A DNA stretch of 64,000 nt from the NCBI GenBank assembly GCA_963842085.1, contig CAWJET010000001.1, positions 1,856,001 to 1,920,000 of the forward strand. The letters are read 5' to 3'. A program made the translations under genes and the position numbers. The notes below the pieces were generated by a model. The model worked only from the letters and a program-made list of their open reading frames with translations. It had not been told where the DNA came from and did no database searches. Every line of letters starts with the position of its first letter. The stretch's first letter is position 1. Of this stretch, positions 10,734-20,782 are shown in pieces. This DNA is from an uncultured delta proteobacterium. Lineage in GTDB: Bacteria > Desulfobacterota > Binatia > Binatales > Binataceae.

Positions 10734-10883
10734 ATGAGTGACTGGAAAAAGCCTGAGTTCGTCGAGATCCGGATGGACGCGGAAATCAACTGCTACAGTT
10801 CGGCCCTCACTGACGATCCCAGGGTGCGAGTCCTGAAGCAGCCGTTGAGTCGCGACAACTCGGAAACCAGCCAGGAATCGTAA
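10734..10883 (+). CDS. pqqA: PQQ precursor peptide PqqA, 49 aa
   Basis: MSDWKKPEFVEIRMDAEINCYSSALTDD...; W..P and E-x3-Y motifs, GGAGGAG RBS, 12 nt before pqqB; absent from the ORF track. Confidence 0.92.
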   Translation: MSDWKKPEFVEIRMDAEINCYSSALTDDPRVRVLKQPLSRDNSETSQES

Positions 10884-10895
10884 GACCCGGCCGTC

Positions 10896-11795
10896 GTGCG
10901 GGTCCATATCCTTGGTTCCGCTGCCGGTGGCGGCTTCCCCCAGTGGAACTGCAATTGCGTCAACTGCCGGGGGTTCAGGACCGGGTCGCTTCGCGCGAAA
11001 GCACGGACGCAATGCTCGGTAGCGGTTAGCGCGGACGGCTCGCGATGGGCGATTCTCAACGCGAGCCCCGACCTTCGAGCGCAAATATTCTTATTCCCCG
11101 ACCTGCTGCCAAATAGCCTCGTGAGAGGTTCATCGATCGACGCGGTTCTGCTCTCCGACGCCGAACTCGATCACATCGTCGGACTTCTTTCGCTGCGAGA
11201 GGCACAACCGATTCGGCTCTATTGCACGTCGCAGGTTTTCGATTGGGTGTTTGGGTCGAATCCCATTTTTGGCGCGTTGAATTCGCCGGAGAAATTTCGC
11301 TGGAGTAAGGTGCAAGATCGCAAAGTCGAGACGATCGGATGCGGTCTCGGCTTCGAGCCATTTTTCGTCAGCGGCAAGGTGCCGAGCTACGTGAAAGCGC
11401 CGCCGGTCAATTACGACGGGGCTACGGTCGCCTACAAGCTCATCGACGTCCGCGCCGGCTCCTCTATCCTCTATGTTCCGGCGATCAAAGAAATCGACGG
11501 CCGGTTTGTCGCAGCCGCCGCAGAGTGCGACTGTCTTCTGTTCGACGGCAGCTTCTGGTCCGAGAATGAAATGGAGCTCCGCGGCGCCGGGATGCGGACC
11601 GCGTCCGCGATGGGCCATGTCTCCATCTCGGGGCCGCGCGGCAGCCTGGCGCAGCTCCGCGATCTCTCGATTAGAAAAATCTATACTCACATCAACAACA
11701 CAAATCCCATTCTCGATGAAACCTCGGCCGAGCGCCGCGAGGTCGAAAAAGCGGGATGGGAAGTCGCCGAAGACGGCATGGATTTTAGGGTGTGA
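10896..11795 (+). CDS. pqqB: PQQ biosynthesis protein B
   Basis: LGSAAGGGFPQWNCNC..C, RTQ.S, NASPD, MGH, HINNTNP. Confidence 0.97.
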   Translation: MRVHILGSAAGGGFPQWNCNCVNCRGFRTGSLRAKARTQCSVAVSADGSRWAILNASPDLRAQIFLFPDLLPNSLVRGSSIDAVLLSDAELDHIVGLLSLREAQPIRLYCTSQVFDWVFGSNPIFGALNSPEKFRWSKVQDRKVETIGCGLGFEPFFVSGKVPSYVKAPPVNYDGATVAYKLIDVRAGSSILYVPAIKEIDGRFVAAAAECDCLLFDGSFWSENEMELRGAGMRTASAMGHVSISGPRGSLAQLRDLSIRKIYTHINNTNPILDETSAERREVEKAGWEVAEDGMDFRV

Positions 11796-11813
11796 CTTCG
11801 GGCTTGAACGATA

Positions 11814-12554
11814 ATGACAGAAAGCAGAGCTGACTCGCCTGAAAAATTTGTCGCGCGCCTGCGGGCGATTGGTGCTGCGGCCTATCACGACAAGCATCCC
11901 TTTCACCTGCTGATGCATCAGGGCAAACTCACCAGGCGGCAACTGCAGGCGTGGATCGAAAATCGTTTCTATTATCAGTGGACGATTCCGAAAAAGGATG
12001 CGCTCATCCTGGCCAAGGCCGACGACCCGGAATTTCGCCGCGCATGGATCACGCGGATCATCGACCACGACGGGACGCGCGACACCGAGGGCGGCATCCG
12101 CAAGTGGTACAAGCTGTCGGAGGCCGCGGGGCTCGACGCCGCCGATGTCGCGAGCCTGCGCTACGTGCTGCCGGGCGTGCGGTTTGCGGTCGACGCCTAC
12201 CTGCATCTGTGCGCGTCGCGCCCGCTGACCGAGGCGGTCGCCTCGTCGCTGACGGAACTATTCGCGCCAACTTTGATGGCCGATCGTATTGCGGTTCTCG
12301 AAAAACTCTACCCGTGGCTCGACAGCCGCGGCCTGGAATATTTTCGCGGACGCCTGGTGCAGGCGCCGCGCGACTCGGAGTTCGGCTTGCGCTATGTCGT
12401 CGCGCATTGCACCACGCGCGAGTCGCAGGATCGCGCGGCTGACGCGCTCACGCTCAAGTGTCACATACTGTGGGGCCTGCTCGACGCGATTCACTACGCG
12501 TACGTTTCACCCGGCTATTTGCCGCCGCTATGGCACGATACGCGGAAACTCTGA
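11814..12554 (+). CDS. pqqC: PQQ synthase
   Basis: YHDKHPFH, NRFYYQ..IP.KDA, RIIDHDG, RFAVDAY, SSLTELFAP, QAPRD. Confidence 0.97.
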   Translation: MTESRADSPEKFVARLRAIGAAAYHDKHPFHLLMHQGKLTRRQLQAWIENRFYYQWTIPKKDALILAKADDPEFRRAWITRIIDHDGTRDTEGGIRKWYKLSEAAGLDAADVASLRYVLPGVRFAVDAYLHLCASRPLTEAVASSLTELFAPTLMADRIAVLEKLYPWLDSRGLEYFRGRLVQAPRDSEFGLRYVVAHCTTRESQDRAADALTLKCHILWGLLDAIHYAYVSPGYLPPLWHDTRKL

Positions 12555-12829
12555 TGGGCTCCGACGACGCATGGCGGCCGCGGCTGGCGGCGCGCGCGCG
12601 GCTCAAGTTCGACCCGATCGCGAACCGGGAAATGCTCCTGTTCCCGGAGGCTGCGTTGGCTCTCAACGAAACGGGCGCCGCGATCGTGCGGCTATGCGAC
12701 GGCGCGCGCTTGATAAGTGAAATCGTCGAACAACTGTCGCAAAAGTATCGCGACGCAGACCGCGACGCGCTGACGCGCGAGGTCGTCGAGTTCCTCGCCA
12801 CGATTCGCGCGCGCGGGTTGCTCCAATGA
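12554..12829 (+). CDS. pqqD: PqqD peptide chaperone (RRE)
   Basis: LLFPE...LNETGAAIVRLCDG; start overlaps the pqqC stop (TGATG). Confidence 0.93.
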   Translation: MGSDDAWRPRLAARARLKFDPIANREMLLFPEAALALNETGAAIVRLCDGARLISEIVEQLSQKYRDADRDALTREVVEFLATIRARGLLQ

Positions 12830-13926
12830 GCGCGGCGCCGCGCCCATACACGCTCGTCGCCGAGCTAACCTATCGATGTCCGCTGCGATGCCTGTACTGT
12901 TCCAACCCCGTCGATTTCCACCGCTCGCGCCGCGAACTCTCGACCGACGAGTGGCGGCGGGTTTTTTCGGCGGCTGCGGAACTGGGTGTCATGCAGTTGC
13001 ATCTCTCGGGCGGCGAGCCCGTTCTTCGCGGCGATCTCGTCGAACTGATTCAGCATGCGCGAGCCTGTGACCTCTACACCAACCTGATAACCGGCGGCAC
13101 GCTGCTCGACGAGGACAAGCTGCGGCAGCTTCGCGCGGCGGGCCTCGACCATATTCAACTGAGCATCCAGGGCGCGGCGCGCGAAAGCGCCGAGAAGATC
13201 GCCGGCGTCCGCTCGCATCGAAAAAAGCTCGAGGTCGCGCGGCTCATCGGCAAAACCGGCTTTCCGCTTACCCTCAACGTGGTGCTCCATCAGATGAACA
13301 TCGCCGAGGTGCCCGAGCTCATCGCGCTCGCATTGGAGCTCGGCGCGGATCGGCTCGAGCTGGCCAATACCCAGTTCTACGCGTGGGCGGCCGAGAATCG
13401 GCGCGCCTTGATGCCGACTCGCGAAGATTACGATCGCGCCGAGGAAATCGCGCGCGCGGCGATCGCGCAGTATCGTGGCACGCTCGAAATCGCGTTCGTG
13501 CAGAACGACTATCTCTCGGGCGAGCCCAAACCCTGCATGGGCGGATGGGGCCGCAGCTACATGTGCATCAATCCGGCCGGCGAAGTGATGCCGTGCCACG
13601 CCGCCTCGGTGATCCCAGGCATGCACTTCGACTCGGTACGCGACAGCGCGCTTCGAGAAATCTGGCGCGACTCACCCGCGATGAATGCGTTTCGCGGCGA
13701 CGACTGGATGATGGAACCGTGCCGCAGTTGCGCCAGGAAGGAAATCGATTTCGGCGGATGCCGATGTCAAGCCTTCATGCTGACCGGAAATGCCGCCGAG
13801 GCCGATCCGATCTGCCGCCTGTCACCGCATCGCGCGGTAGTCGCGTCGATGCGAAACGATTCCGCCGCGGACGTCGCGCTGATCTATCGTGACGCAAAGA
13901 CCAGCCGGGAGATCGAACGAAGATAG
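12826..13926 (+). CDS. pqqE: PqqA peptide cyclase, radical SAM/SPASM
   Basis: AELTYRCPLRCLYCSNP, PKPCMGGWG, PCH, DFGGCRCQA. Confidence 0.97.
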   Translation: MSAAPRPYTLVAELTYRCPLRCLYCSNPVDFHRSRRELSTDEWRRVFSAAAELGVMQLHLSGGEPVLRGDLVELIQHARACDLYTNLITGGTLLDEDKLRQLRAAGLDHIQLSIQGAARESAEKIAGVRSHRKKLEVARLIGKTGFPLTLNVVLHQMNIAEVPELIALALELGADRLELANTQFYAWAAENRRALMPTREDYDRAEEIARAAIAQYRGTLEIAFVQNDYLSGEPKPCMGGWGRSYMCINPAGEVMPCHAASVIPGMHFDSVRDSALREIWRDSPAMNAFRGDDWMMEPCRSCARKEIDFGGCRCQAFMLTGNAAEADPICRLSPHRAVVASMRNDSAADVALIYRDAKTSREIERR

Positions 13927-14333
13927 ACGAACAGCGCGCCCGAGAGCAACACGGCGTCCAGCGCAAGCTCCACCCACATTCGCGGCCGCGACGGAGCGCC
14001 GAGGCCGAAGCATCCGCAGTCGAGCGTGAGGCCTCGAAGCAGCGCGGACGACAAGGCCGCTAAGAACATCACGGAGATGACCGCAACCGCGAGCGCTCCG
14101 ATGCGTCTGGTCGGTGGGGCGAACAGCAAGAGGCCGCATGCGATCTCGAATGGCGGCAGACCCAGCGCCAGCAGGTTGATGAGCACCGCGGGCAGGATCG
14201 CGAACGCCGCGATGCTGTCCGCGAACTGCAGCGGGTCGCGGATCTTGTCGACACCCGCGTAAATGAAGACGGCAGCCACGGCGATGCTGACCGCGAGCAC
14301 CGCGTAGCGGCGCGAATTGTCGGAGGACATCAT
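13884..14333 (-). CDS. MauE/DoxX family membrane redox protein
   Basis: Hydrophobic protein with AGVDKI.DP..F, LP.FEI and RGLTLDCGCFG. Confidence 0.85.
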   Translation of the reverse strand: MMSSDNSRRYAVLAVSIAVAAVFIYAGVDKIRDPLQFADSIAAFAILPAVLINLLALGLPPFEIACGLLLFAPPTRRIGALAVAVISVMFLAALSSALLRGLTLDCGCFGLGAPSRPRMWVELALDAVLLSGALFVYLRSISRLVFASR

Positions 14334-14923
14334 CGTCCGCTCCCTGTGGATGCCGGCAGCCTGGCCGCCGACCACGCATCCCAGCCGCCAGTGAAGACGC
14401 TGACGTTGCTGAAGCCGAGACTCAGCAACGCGTTCGCCACGAGGCGGCTGTCATGACAGTCGCCGCCGGAGCAGTACACAATGATCGGCTTGTCATGGGC
14501 GGCCTGCAACACGCCGGCCAGGCGCCGATAGTCTTGCGCGAAATCGTCTCGCGCGAGGTTCAACGCGCCCGGCACGTGTCCATTTTCGAAGAACACCGAC
14601 GGCCGGGCATCAAGGATGAGTGCGCTCTTGCGGTCGACGGCTGAACGGAATTCATCAAGTGTGACAGTTGCCGCGGGCGCGATCTTGAAAGGCGGCGCCG
14701 CGACCAGAGTCGTCAGCTCGGCATCGAAGCGCTGTTCAGGCGTTTGGTAGACCATAGGAAGTGGCGCGGCCGAAAAACGGTTCATCGCGAGCCCGGTGGC
14801 CAAAGCCGCTATAGCGAGCAGGGCGACGCTAACGAGGTCGCGCAGAATCTGCGATCTGAGACTCCTCGCTGGAGGCAGGTGCGACGGCTTGTTGGTGACA
14901 ATCGATGACACTGCTGAAGTCAT
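14330..14923 (-). CDS. Membrane-anchored rhodanese-domain protein (CxxxxC loop)
   Basis: N-terminal TM; LDARP..F..GHVPGA, VYCSGGDCHDS, FTGGWDAW. Confidence 0.88.
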   Translation of the reverse strand: MTSAVSSIVTNKPSHLPPARSLRSQILRDLVSVALLAIAALATGLAMNRFSAAPLPMVYQTPEQRFDAELTTLVAAPPFKIAPAATVTLDEFRSAVDRKSALILDARPSVFFENGHVPGALNLARDDFAQDYRRLAGVLQAAHDKPIIVYCSGGDCHDSRLVANALLSLGFSNVSVFTGGWDAWSAARLPASTGSGR

Positions 14924-14987
14924 ATCAGCCGATCGGCGCTCCTGAGCGTGCCTGTCAGATCGCGTTGCCATTACGCTCGAACCTGAA

Positions 14988-16400
14988 CTAGCGCCAGGCC
15001 GGGGGATCGCTGCCCAGCGGCGCAGGCGAGAGATCCCATCGAGGCGGCGTTTCCGACATCCGCGCGATCGGCCCCAGCCGCGACAGTCGGCCCCAAGCGC
15101 TATCCATCTCAATCATCCAGGGAGCAATCGACGCCGAGTCGAATCCTCCGGGCTTGGCATCGGGCGCGGTGCGCGGCAACGACATGATCCACATCGATGT
15201 GCGCGCGAGCGACACGCGAACGTGCCAGGTCCCGCCTTCGGTTGTGCGTCGCGCGAGCGCACACATCACGCCCAGCGCGCCAAGATAGCCCGTCGTGTAG
15301 TCGTTGATCGCGGCGGGTACGAGCGCGGGATGCTCGTCGCCGGCTTGCTCGTGCGCCATGCCGGTGACGGTTTGCGCGAGTTGTTCCCATCCGGGGCGGC
15401 CCGCAAACGGGCCTTCATGTCCGTAGCAGTCGATCGACACGACGATGATGCCGGGGCGCACCCGCGCCAATTCTTCCGGCGCAAAGCCGCGCCGCGCGAG
15501 AGCGCCGGGCCGGTACCCTTGCGAGAACACGTGCGCATCGCGGACCAGCGCGCGCAGTTGCTCGACGTCTTCTTTGTGGTCGAGGTCGAGATAGCACGAA
15601 CGCTTGCCGGGATTCGTGTCGATGACGAAGGGCTCGATTGACGGCAGTTTGGGACTTCGCACGTGCAGCACGTCGGCGCCGTGCTCCGCCAGGGTCCGCG
15701 CGCAGGTCGGTCCAGCCAGCACGCGCGTAAGGTCGAGAACGCGCACACCCCAGAGCGGCCGTGCACCGCGCTCATCGGCGCGAGGTCCGGGCAGCAGCTC
15801 AGGAGGTGCGTCGCCGAGGCGAAGGATCTCGACGACGGGCACCCGCGCAAGCGCGATCCCTTGCGGATGAACGCGCCACTCGTCGGCGCTGCGGAGCTTC
15901 GCGCCGCATACGCCGCGCTCTGCGAGCGTATCTTCGAGCACTTGCGCATCCCACGTCGCGACCGCCTTGGCGAGCGCGCTCGCGTCATCGTCGCATCGCA
16001 AAAGTGCAAGCGTGCCTTCGCGCGAACGGAATCCGCCATGCAGATGAACCCATCGCCCGCCACGGGCTTGATAGAGCGCGGTCGTCGGCTGCGCTCGCCG
16101 CTCGAACGAGGCGCCTTGATACCTCAAGTATGCGAACGACACGAGCGACGCGGCAGCGGCGCGCACGTCCACTTCGATCCGCTGCGGACGGCCGCCGCGC
16201 GTGCACCACAAGTCGGCGGCGGCGGTCGCATTCGCGGCAAGAACCGCGGCGGCAGCCTCGCCGGCGCGAAATCGCGTTGCGATTACCGGATCGCTTCCGG
16301 TGATGTGAAGCGCGTGCCGATTCGAAGTATCCGCGCATCCGAGCGAAGCAAGCAGATCGCGGATCCACCCCACCGGTTCCATCGCTGAAGAGGTCGCCAC
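14988..16400 (-). CDS. CaiB/BaiF family III CoA-transferase
   Basis: GVRVLDLTRVLAGP, GKRS, QGYRPG, NDYTTG. Confidence 0.92.
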   Translation of the reverse strand: MATSSAMEPVGWIRDLLASLGCADTSNRHALHITGSDPVIATRFRAGEAAAAVLAANATAAADLWCTRGGRPQRIEVDVRAAAASLVSFAYLRYQGASFERRAQPTTALYQARGGRWVHLHGGFRSREGTLALLRCDDDASALAKAVATWDAQVLEDTLAERGVCGAKLRSADEWRVHPQGIALARVPVVEILRLGDAPPELLPGPRADERGARPLWGVRVLDLTRVLAGPTCARTLAEHGADVLHVRSPKLPSIEPFVIDTNPGKRSCYLDLDHKEDVEQLRALVRDAHVFSQGYRPGALARRGFAPEELARVRPGIIVVSIDCYGHEGPFAGRPGWEQLAQTVTGMAHEQAGDEHPALVPAAINDYTTGYLGALGVMCALARRTTEGGTWHVRVSLARTSMWIMSLPRTAPDAKPGGFDSASIAPWMIEMDSAWGRLSRLGPIARMSETPPRWDLSPAPLGSDPPAWR

Positions 16401-16511
16401 GCGCCGAAGTTAGCACTCGAACAAATCGATCGGGAAACGCTCGATCACAGTGACTTGAGAAGTTTGCCGATCGCTGTGAGACCTGCTTGAATCGGCTTCG
16501 AGGACGGCACC

Positions 16512-17396
16512 ATGAATCCGGAAATCGAATTGCGCGATCATGTGTTCGTCGGCCCGTTGCGCCGATCCCAGAACAACGCTCGCAACGTTAAGGGCAGCAT
16601 CCATGATGATGCGACGGCGACCAAGCTCGGGTTTCGCGGCGGCACCGTCGCCGGCTCGATCCACCTGGAACTGTTTCCGCCGCTCCTGCTGAAAGCGTTC
16701 GGCAAGCGATGGTTCGAACACGGCACAATCTCCATGTACTTCCTCAACGCGACGACTGACCGCGAGGCGGTCCGCGCGTTCCTCAAAGAGTCGCCGCTCG
16801 ACGCTACCGACGCGCAGGTCGATATCTGGATCGAGCGCGATGACGGCATGCGCGTTGCCGAGGGCACTGCGTCGGTCGGAAGCCCCGAGGAGCCGAGCGC
16901 ATTGCTGCGCCGTCCGCTCGATCGGTTCGACGCAGGTGAGTTGCGGATCCTCGGCGGGCTCAAGGTCGGCGATCGTTTCGAGGAGTGCGATGCGTTTCTG
17001 ACGAAAGACGCGATGACCGAACGGATGAAAGTCATCACCGAACCGCTGGAATGGTACACCAAGCCCTCACCGTGGGGTGGTGCGATCGCAACTCCAGCAA
17101 CGATGGTGCAGCTTCTCTACGCGCAATCGATCGCGACCCTGCGCGGCAAGCTCGGCCAGGCGGTGGGACTGTTCGGCGCGATCGAGTTGCGCAACATCAA
17201 CGGGCCGGTTCTGGTTGAACATCCGTATCGCGTGAACGGGAGTATCGTTGCGCTGGGCCAGAGCCCGAAGACGGAGTACATGTGGTTCGAGACCGCGCTG
17301 AACGAAGCGGACGGCAAGCGAATCGCCGAGATGAGGATGCTCCTGCGCTTCATGAAGGCGTCGTCGCCGAAGTACAAGGACGCCGTCGCAAGCTGA
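16512..17396 (+). CDS. Hypothetical protein, probable double hot-dog (MaoC-like) fold
   Basis: SIHDDATATKLGFRGGTVAG resembles the MaoC hydratase motif; second repeat SPWGGAIATP. Confidence 0.65.
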   Translation: MNPEIELRDHVFVGPLRRSQNNARNVKGSIHDDATATKLGFRGGTVAGSIHLELFPPLLLKAFGKRWFEHGTISMYFLNATTDREAVRAFLKESPLDATDAQVDIWIERDDGMRVAEGTASVGSPEEPSALLRRPLDRFDAGELRILGGLKVGDRFEECDAFLTKDAMTERMKVITEPLEWYTKPSPWGGAIATPATMVQLLYAQSIATLRGKLGQAVGLFGAIELRNINGPVLVEHPYRVNGSIVALGQSPKTEYMWFETALNEADGKRIAEMRMLLRFMKASSPKYKDAVAS

Positions 17397-17492
17397 TCCG
17401 TCGCGGCAGGCTCGAACGCGATCTAATCCGCTCGGAGCGGGCGGCAGGAGAGGAATCATTCTGCCATCATGCTCTCGCGCCCAGACTTCGGC

Positions 17493-18449
17493 TCAGGCAA
17501 TACCTTCGAACAGTGCCGTGCTCAGGTACCGCTCGCCGGAATCAGGCAGCACGACGACAATGGTCTTGCCCGCGCTGGCCGGGCGCTTGGCGATGCGCGC
17601 GGCGACCGCGACGGCGGCTCCGCATGAAATGCCCGACAGGATTCCTTCTTCGCGGGTCAGTCGCCGCGCGTACTCGATCGCCTCTTCGTTGGTGACCTGC
17701 TCGACTACATCGACCAGCGAGAGGTCCAGATTTTCGGGCACGAACCCCGCGCCGATGCCTTGGATCTTGTGCGGGCCCGGCTTCAGCGGTTGTCCGCTGC
17801 GCTGCTGCGTGATGACCGGGCTGGCACTCGGCTCGACGGCCACCGAAACGATCGCCTTGCCCATCGTTCGTTTGATGTAGCGCGAGACTCCGGTGATAGT
17901 TCCGCCGGTACCGACCCCCGACACGAAAATATCGATCGCGCCGTCAGTATCGTTCCAGATTTCCGGTCCGGTGGTCGTTTCGTGAATCGCGGGATTCGCG
18001 GGATTCTTGAACTGCTGCAGCAAAACGTAGCGCTCGGGCGCCGACGCTACGATTTCCTCCGCCTTCGCGATCGCGCCGGTCATGCCGCGCGCGCCCTCGG
18101 TCAATACCAGCTTGGCGCCGTAGGCAATCAGCAGTTTGCGGCGCTCGAGGCTCATCGTATCCGGCATCGTCAGGGTCAGGGGGATCTTGCGGGCAGCTGC
18201 GACGAACGCCAGCGCAATGCCGGTGTTGCCGCTGGTCGGTTCCACCAGTTCCTTGCCCGGACCAAGCAGGCCGCGCTTTTCCGCGTCCCATACCATTGCC
18301 GCCCCGATTCGGCATTTGACGGAATAGGCAGGATTGCGTCCTTCGACCTTGCCCAGAACTATGGCCGGCGCGCCGTCGATGACGCGGTGGAGCCGCACCA
18401 GCGGCGTATGTCCGATCGATCGTGAATTGTCTTCGTACCAATGTGGCAT
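17493..18449 (-). CDS. cysK: Cysteine synthase A
   Basis: [43 protein letters not shown]. Confidence 0.97.
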   Translation of the reverse strand: MPHWYEDNSRSIGHTPLVRLHRVIDGAPAIVLGKVEGRNPAYSVKCRIGAAMVWDAEKRGLLGPGKELVEPTSGNTGIALAFVAAARKIPLTLTMPDTMSLERRKLLIAYGAKLVLTEGARGMTGAIAKAEEIVASAPERYVLLQQFKNPANPAIHETTTGPEIWNDTDGAIDIFVSGVGTGGTITGVSRYIKRTMGKAIVSVAVEPSASPVITQQRSGQPLKPGPHKIQGIGAGFVPENLDLSLVDVVEQVTNEEAIEYARRLTREEGILSGISCGAAVAVAARIAKRPASAGKTIVVVLPDSGERYLSTALFEGIA

Positions 18450-18501
18450 CGGTCTGTCTCCTTATTGAATCGTCGATTGATATCGGGTGCGTCTTTCGAT
18501 G

Positions 18502-18882
18502 CTATCGGCGTGATCGGCGCCTGCGCGCGCGATGCCTGCCTCTGGCAAGAGAACCCGCGCCGATGACCACTATGCCGATTAACCCGCAGACCGCCCACCA
18601 TTGAAGAAAGATTCCCAGGAACAAGACCAACCCAGCCAGCAGAAAGGCCGTGCCGACTGCCCCCGCGCATAGCCAGACGAAAGTTGCGTGGGCGTTCGCT
18701 ACGGCGGAATCGAGAAACGCCATCACGTTGTCTTCGAACTCATGCAGTTCAGCGCTGACTACTCCTTCGACTATGCGCGCGAGGAGCCGGGGCCACTCGG
18801 CGTCTGAACTCGACGCTTTGCTTGCGCTTGGCGGGGGTTCGGCAGACTGCTGTGGTTCGTCCGAGTGATCTTTAGATGACAT
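18502..18882 (-). CDS. Small two-TM membrane protein (YqjE/holin-X-like)
   Basis: Helical N-part (AEL..E), two TM segments, Arg-rich tail; GGAGG RBS upstream. Confidence 0.6.
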   Translation of the reverse strand: MSSKDHSDEPQQSAEPPPSASKASSSDAEWPRLLARIVEGVVSAELHEFEDNVMAFLDSAVANAHATFVWLCAGAVGTAFLLAGLVLFLGIFLQWWAVCGLIGIVVIGAGSLARGRHRARRRRSRR

Positions 18883-18973
18883 GGCGCAATGACCTCCGAA
18901 GCGCGCCGTTATCGGGTCTTGGATTAGCGAATCTTTTTGCCTGCGCTGACGACTACTCGACTTTGATCCAACC

Positions 18974-19264
18974 TCAATTAATAGGTTTCTGGCACGTAGT
19001 TATATCGCCGTTTTTTGGTTCTACATAGCGACGCGGCTCCTGTCTCTTAGGCAGCTTCAAAGGAGCGCGTTTCACCTCTTCGTATGGAATCAGGGTTTCT
19101 GTATCGGTTGCAGCCATCATTTCGTCGCGGGCCCGCGAGTAATCGTACCAGCGCCGATGCGACTCGAGATCGATCTTCACCCAGACAACGAGAAGAACAA
19201 GCCCGACGAGCCGAACTAAAGCGAGCAGTCGCGCGAGCCTTTTTCCCGTGATGGCAGACATCAT
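18974..19264 (-). CDS. Hypothetical membrane-anchored protein
   Basis: Single N-terminal hydrophobic segment; fills a gap in a co-oriented run. Confidence 0.5.
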   Translation of the reverse strand: MMSAITGKRLARLLALVRLVGLVLLVVWVKIDLESHRRWYDYSRARDEMMAATDTETLIPYEEVKRAPLKLPKRQEPRRYVEPKNGDITTCQKPIN

Positions 19265-19315
19265 ACACGTCTGTCGTTTCTCGCCACGTTCCTCCGGCGC
19301 CGAGGTGTAAATGAT

Positions 19316-20038
19316 TTATCCGCGCAGGAAGTGGGTGACCAGAAAAATTACGAGCATCCCAACGCAAGTGGCGACGGCGACCAATGGAGAGTCGTGCTCG
19401 CGCGCTTCAGGCAGTAGATCCGAGGCGCCAATATAAAGAAAAGAACCGGCGAAGAATGCCAGCAACCACGGCAGGAGTCCTGCCCTCAAGTTGAACATCA
19501 GCGTCGAGGCTGCACCGAGAACCGGCGTCGACATGTCGATTAGCAGCCAGAAAACGGCGCTGCGGTGCGAATTCCCATGGGCGAGGACGACCGTCACGGT
19601 GTTCAGCCCATCGCTGAAATCATGCGCGATTATGCCGAAGGCAATCACGAGTCCCATCTGAACGCTGGTCTGAAAGCCGACACCGATTGCAACGCCGTCC
19701 AGGAAACTGTGGAAGGCCAGGCCCGCCGCGGACATCGCGCCGAGCTCCGGCTCATGCGCTTCCACCAGATGAGGGTGTTCGCGGGCGCGGTGCATCGCCG
19801 TATAACGTTCAAGTCCGAAGAACGCAAGGAATCCCAGCGCGGTGATTGGCATGTACGATGCGCCGTGGTCGAAGGCGAAGACTTCCGGCAGTATGTCGAA
19901 CAGAGCGACTGCCAACACGGCGCCGGAACTGAAGCCGAGCAACAGATGGAGCCGGTCGCGCAACCGAATGGCTGCCGTCCCGCCCAATCCGGTAGAGAGG
20001 AACGTTGCAAAAGCGAGCAGAATCGGCGCGAATCGCAT
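19316..20038 (-). CDS. ZIP family metal transporter
   Basis: HSFLDG and HDFSDG metal motifs, His-containing loop, LYIGASDLLPE. Confidence 0.92.
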   Translation of the reverse strand: MRFAPILLAFATFLSTGLGGTAAIRLRDRLHLLLGFSSGAVLAVALFDILPEVFAFDHGASYMPITALGFLAFFGLERYTAMHRAREHPHLVEAHEPELGAMSAAGLAFHSFLDGVAIGVGFQTSVQMGLVIAFGIIAHDFSDGLNTVTVVLAHGNSHRSAVFWLLIDMSTPVLGAASTLMFNLRAGLLPWLLAFFAGSFLYIGASDLLPEAREHDSPLVAVATCVGMLVIFLVTHFLRG

Positions 20039-20124
20039 GGATGGATTTTGCTCAGACTTCAGGGTCGATGGTCAAATTCAAACCTGCTTCGGGGAACCAG
20101 ACGCGAGTCTCGGGCGTTGCTAGT

Positions 20125-20781
20125 ATGATGAACATGACATCGCGAACGAAGTGGATATCAACGCGCTTGCTTGCCCTGGGCATTTTATTCGGCCTGACGA
20201 CGGTCGACACTTTCGCGCAGAGCAGCGGCAACGACAGCGCTACTGCGGTTTTTTCGGGCGGCTGTTTCTGGGGCGTGGAGGCCGTCTTCAAGCATGTAAA
20301 GGGCGTGACCAAAGTCGTTTCCGGATACGCTGGAGGAGCGGCAGACACCGCGCACTACGAGATCGTCAGCACGGGAACGACCGGACACGCGGAGTCGGTG
20401 CAGGTTACCTACGATCCGTCGAAGGTCTCTTACGACGACCTCTTGAAAGTATTTTTTTTCGTCGCTCACGATCCGACCGAACTGAATCGGCAGGGCCCGG
20501 ATTCAGGAACTCAGTATCGCTCTTCGATTTTCTACGAGAACGACGCACAGAAGAAGATGGCGGATGACTACATCGCGCAACTCGATCGCAAACACGCATT
20601 CTCCAAGCCCATCGTGACCAAGGTTGTTCCGCTCACCGGCTTCTATCCGGCCGAAGACTACCATCAGAACTATCTGGAGCTTCATCCGGATCAACCCTAC
20701 ATCGTGTACAACGATTTGCCGAAACTGGAACGGTTTCAGAAAGACTTACCCGGGCTGTACCAGCAACAGGCCGCAAACTAG
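20125..20781 (+). CDS. msrA: Peptide methionine sulfoxide reductase A with signal peptide
   Basis: GGCFWG, GHAESV, RQGPD.GTQYRS, AEDYHQNY; N-terminal signal ending TFA. Confidence 0.95.
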   Translation: MMNMTSRTKWISTRLLALGILFGLTTVDTFAQSSGNDSATAVFSGGCFWGVEAVFKHVKGVTKVVSGYAGGAADTAHYEIVSTGTTGHAESVQVTYDPSKVSYDDLLKVFFFVAHDPTELNRQGPDSGTQYRSSIFYENDAQKKMADDYIAQLDRKHAFSKPIVTKVVPLTGFYPAEDYHQNYLELHPDQPYIVYNDLPKLERFQKDLPGLYQQQAAN

Positions 20782-20782
20782 A

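Noticed and set aside
18502-18882. Holin-like protein as a sign of prophage
   Set aside because: No phage genes nearby; this membrane family is common in non-phage contexts
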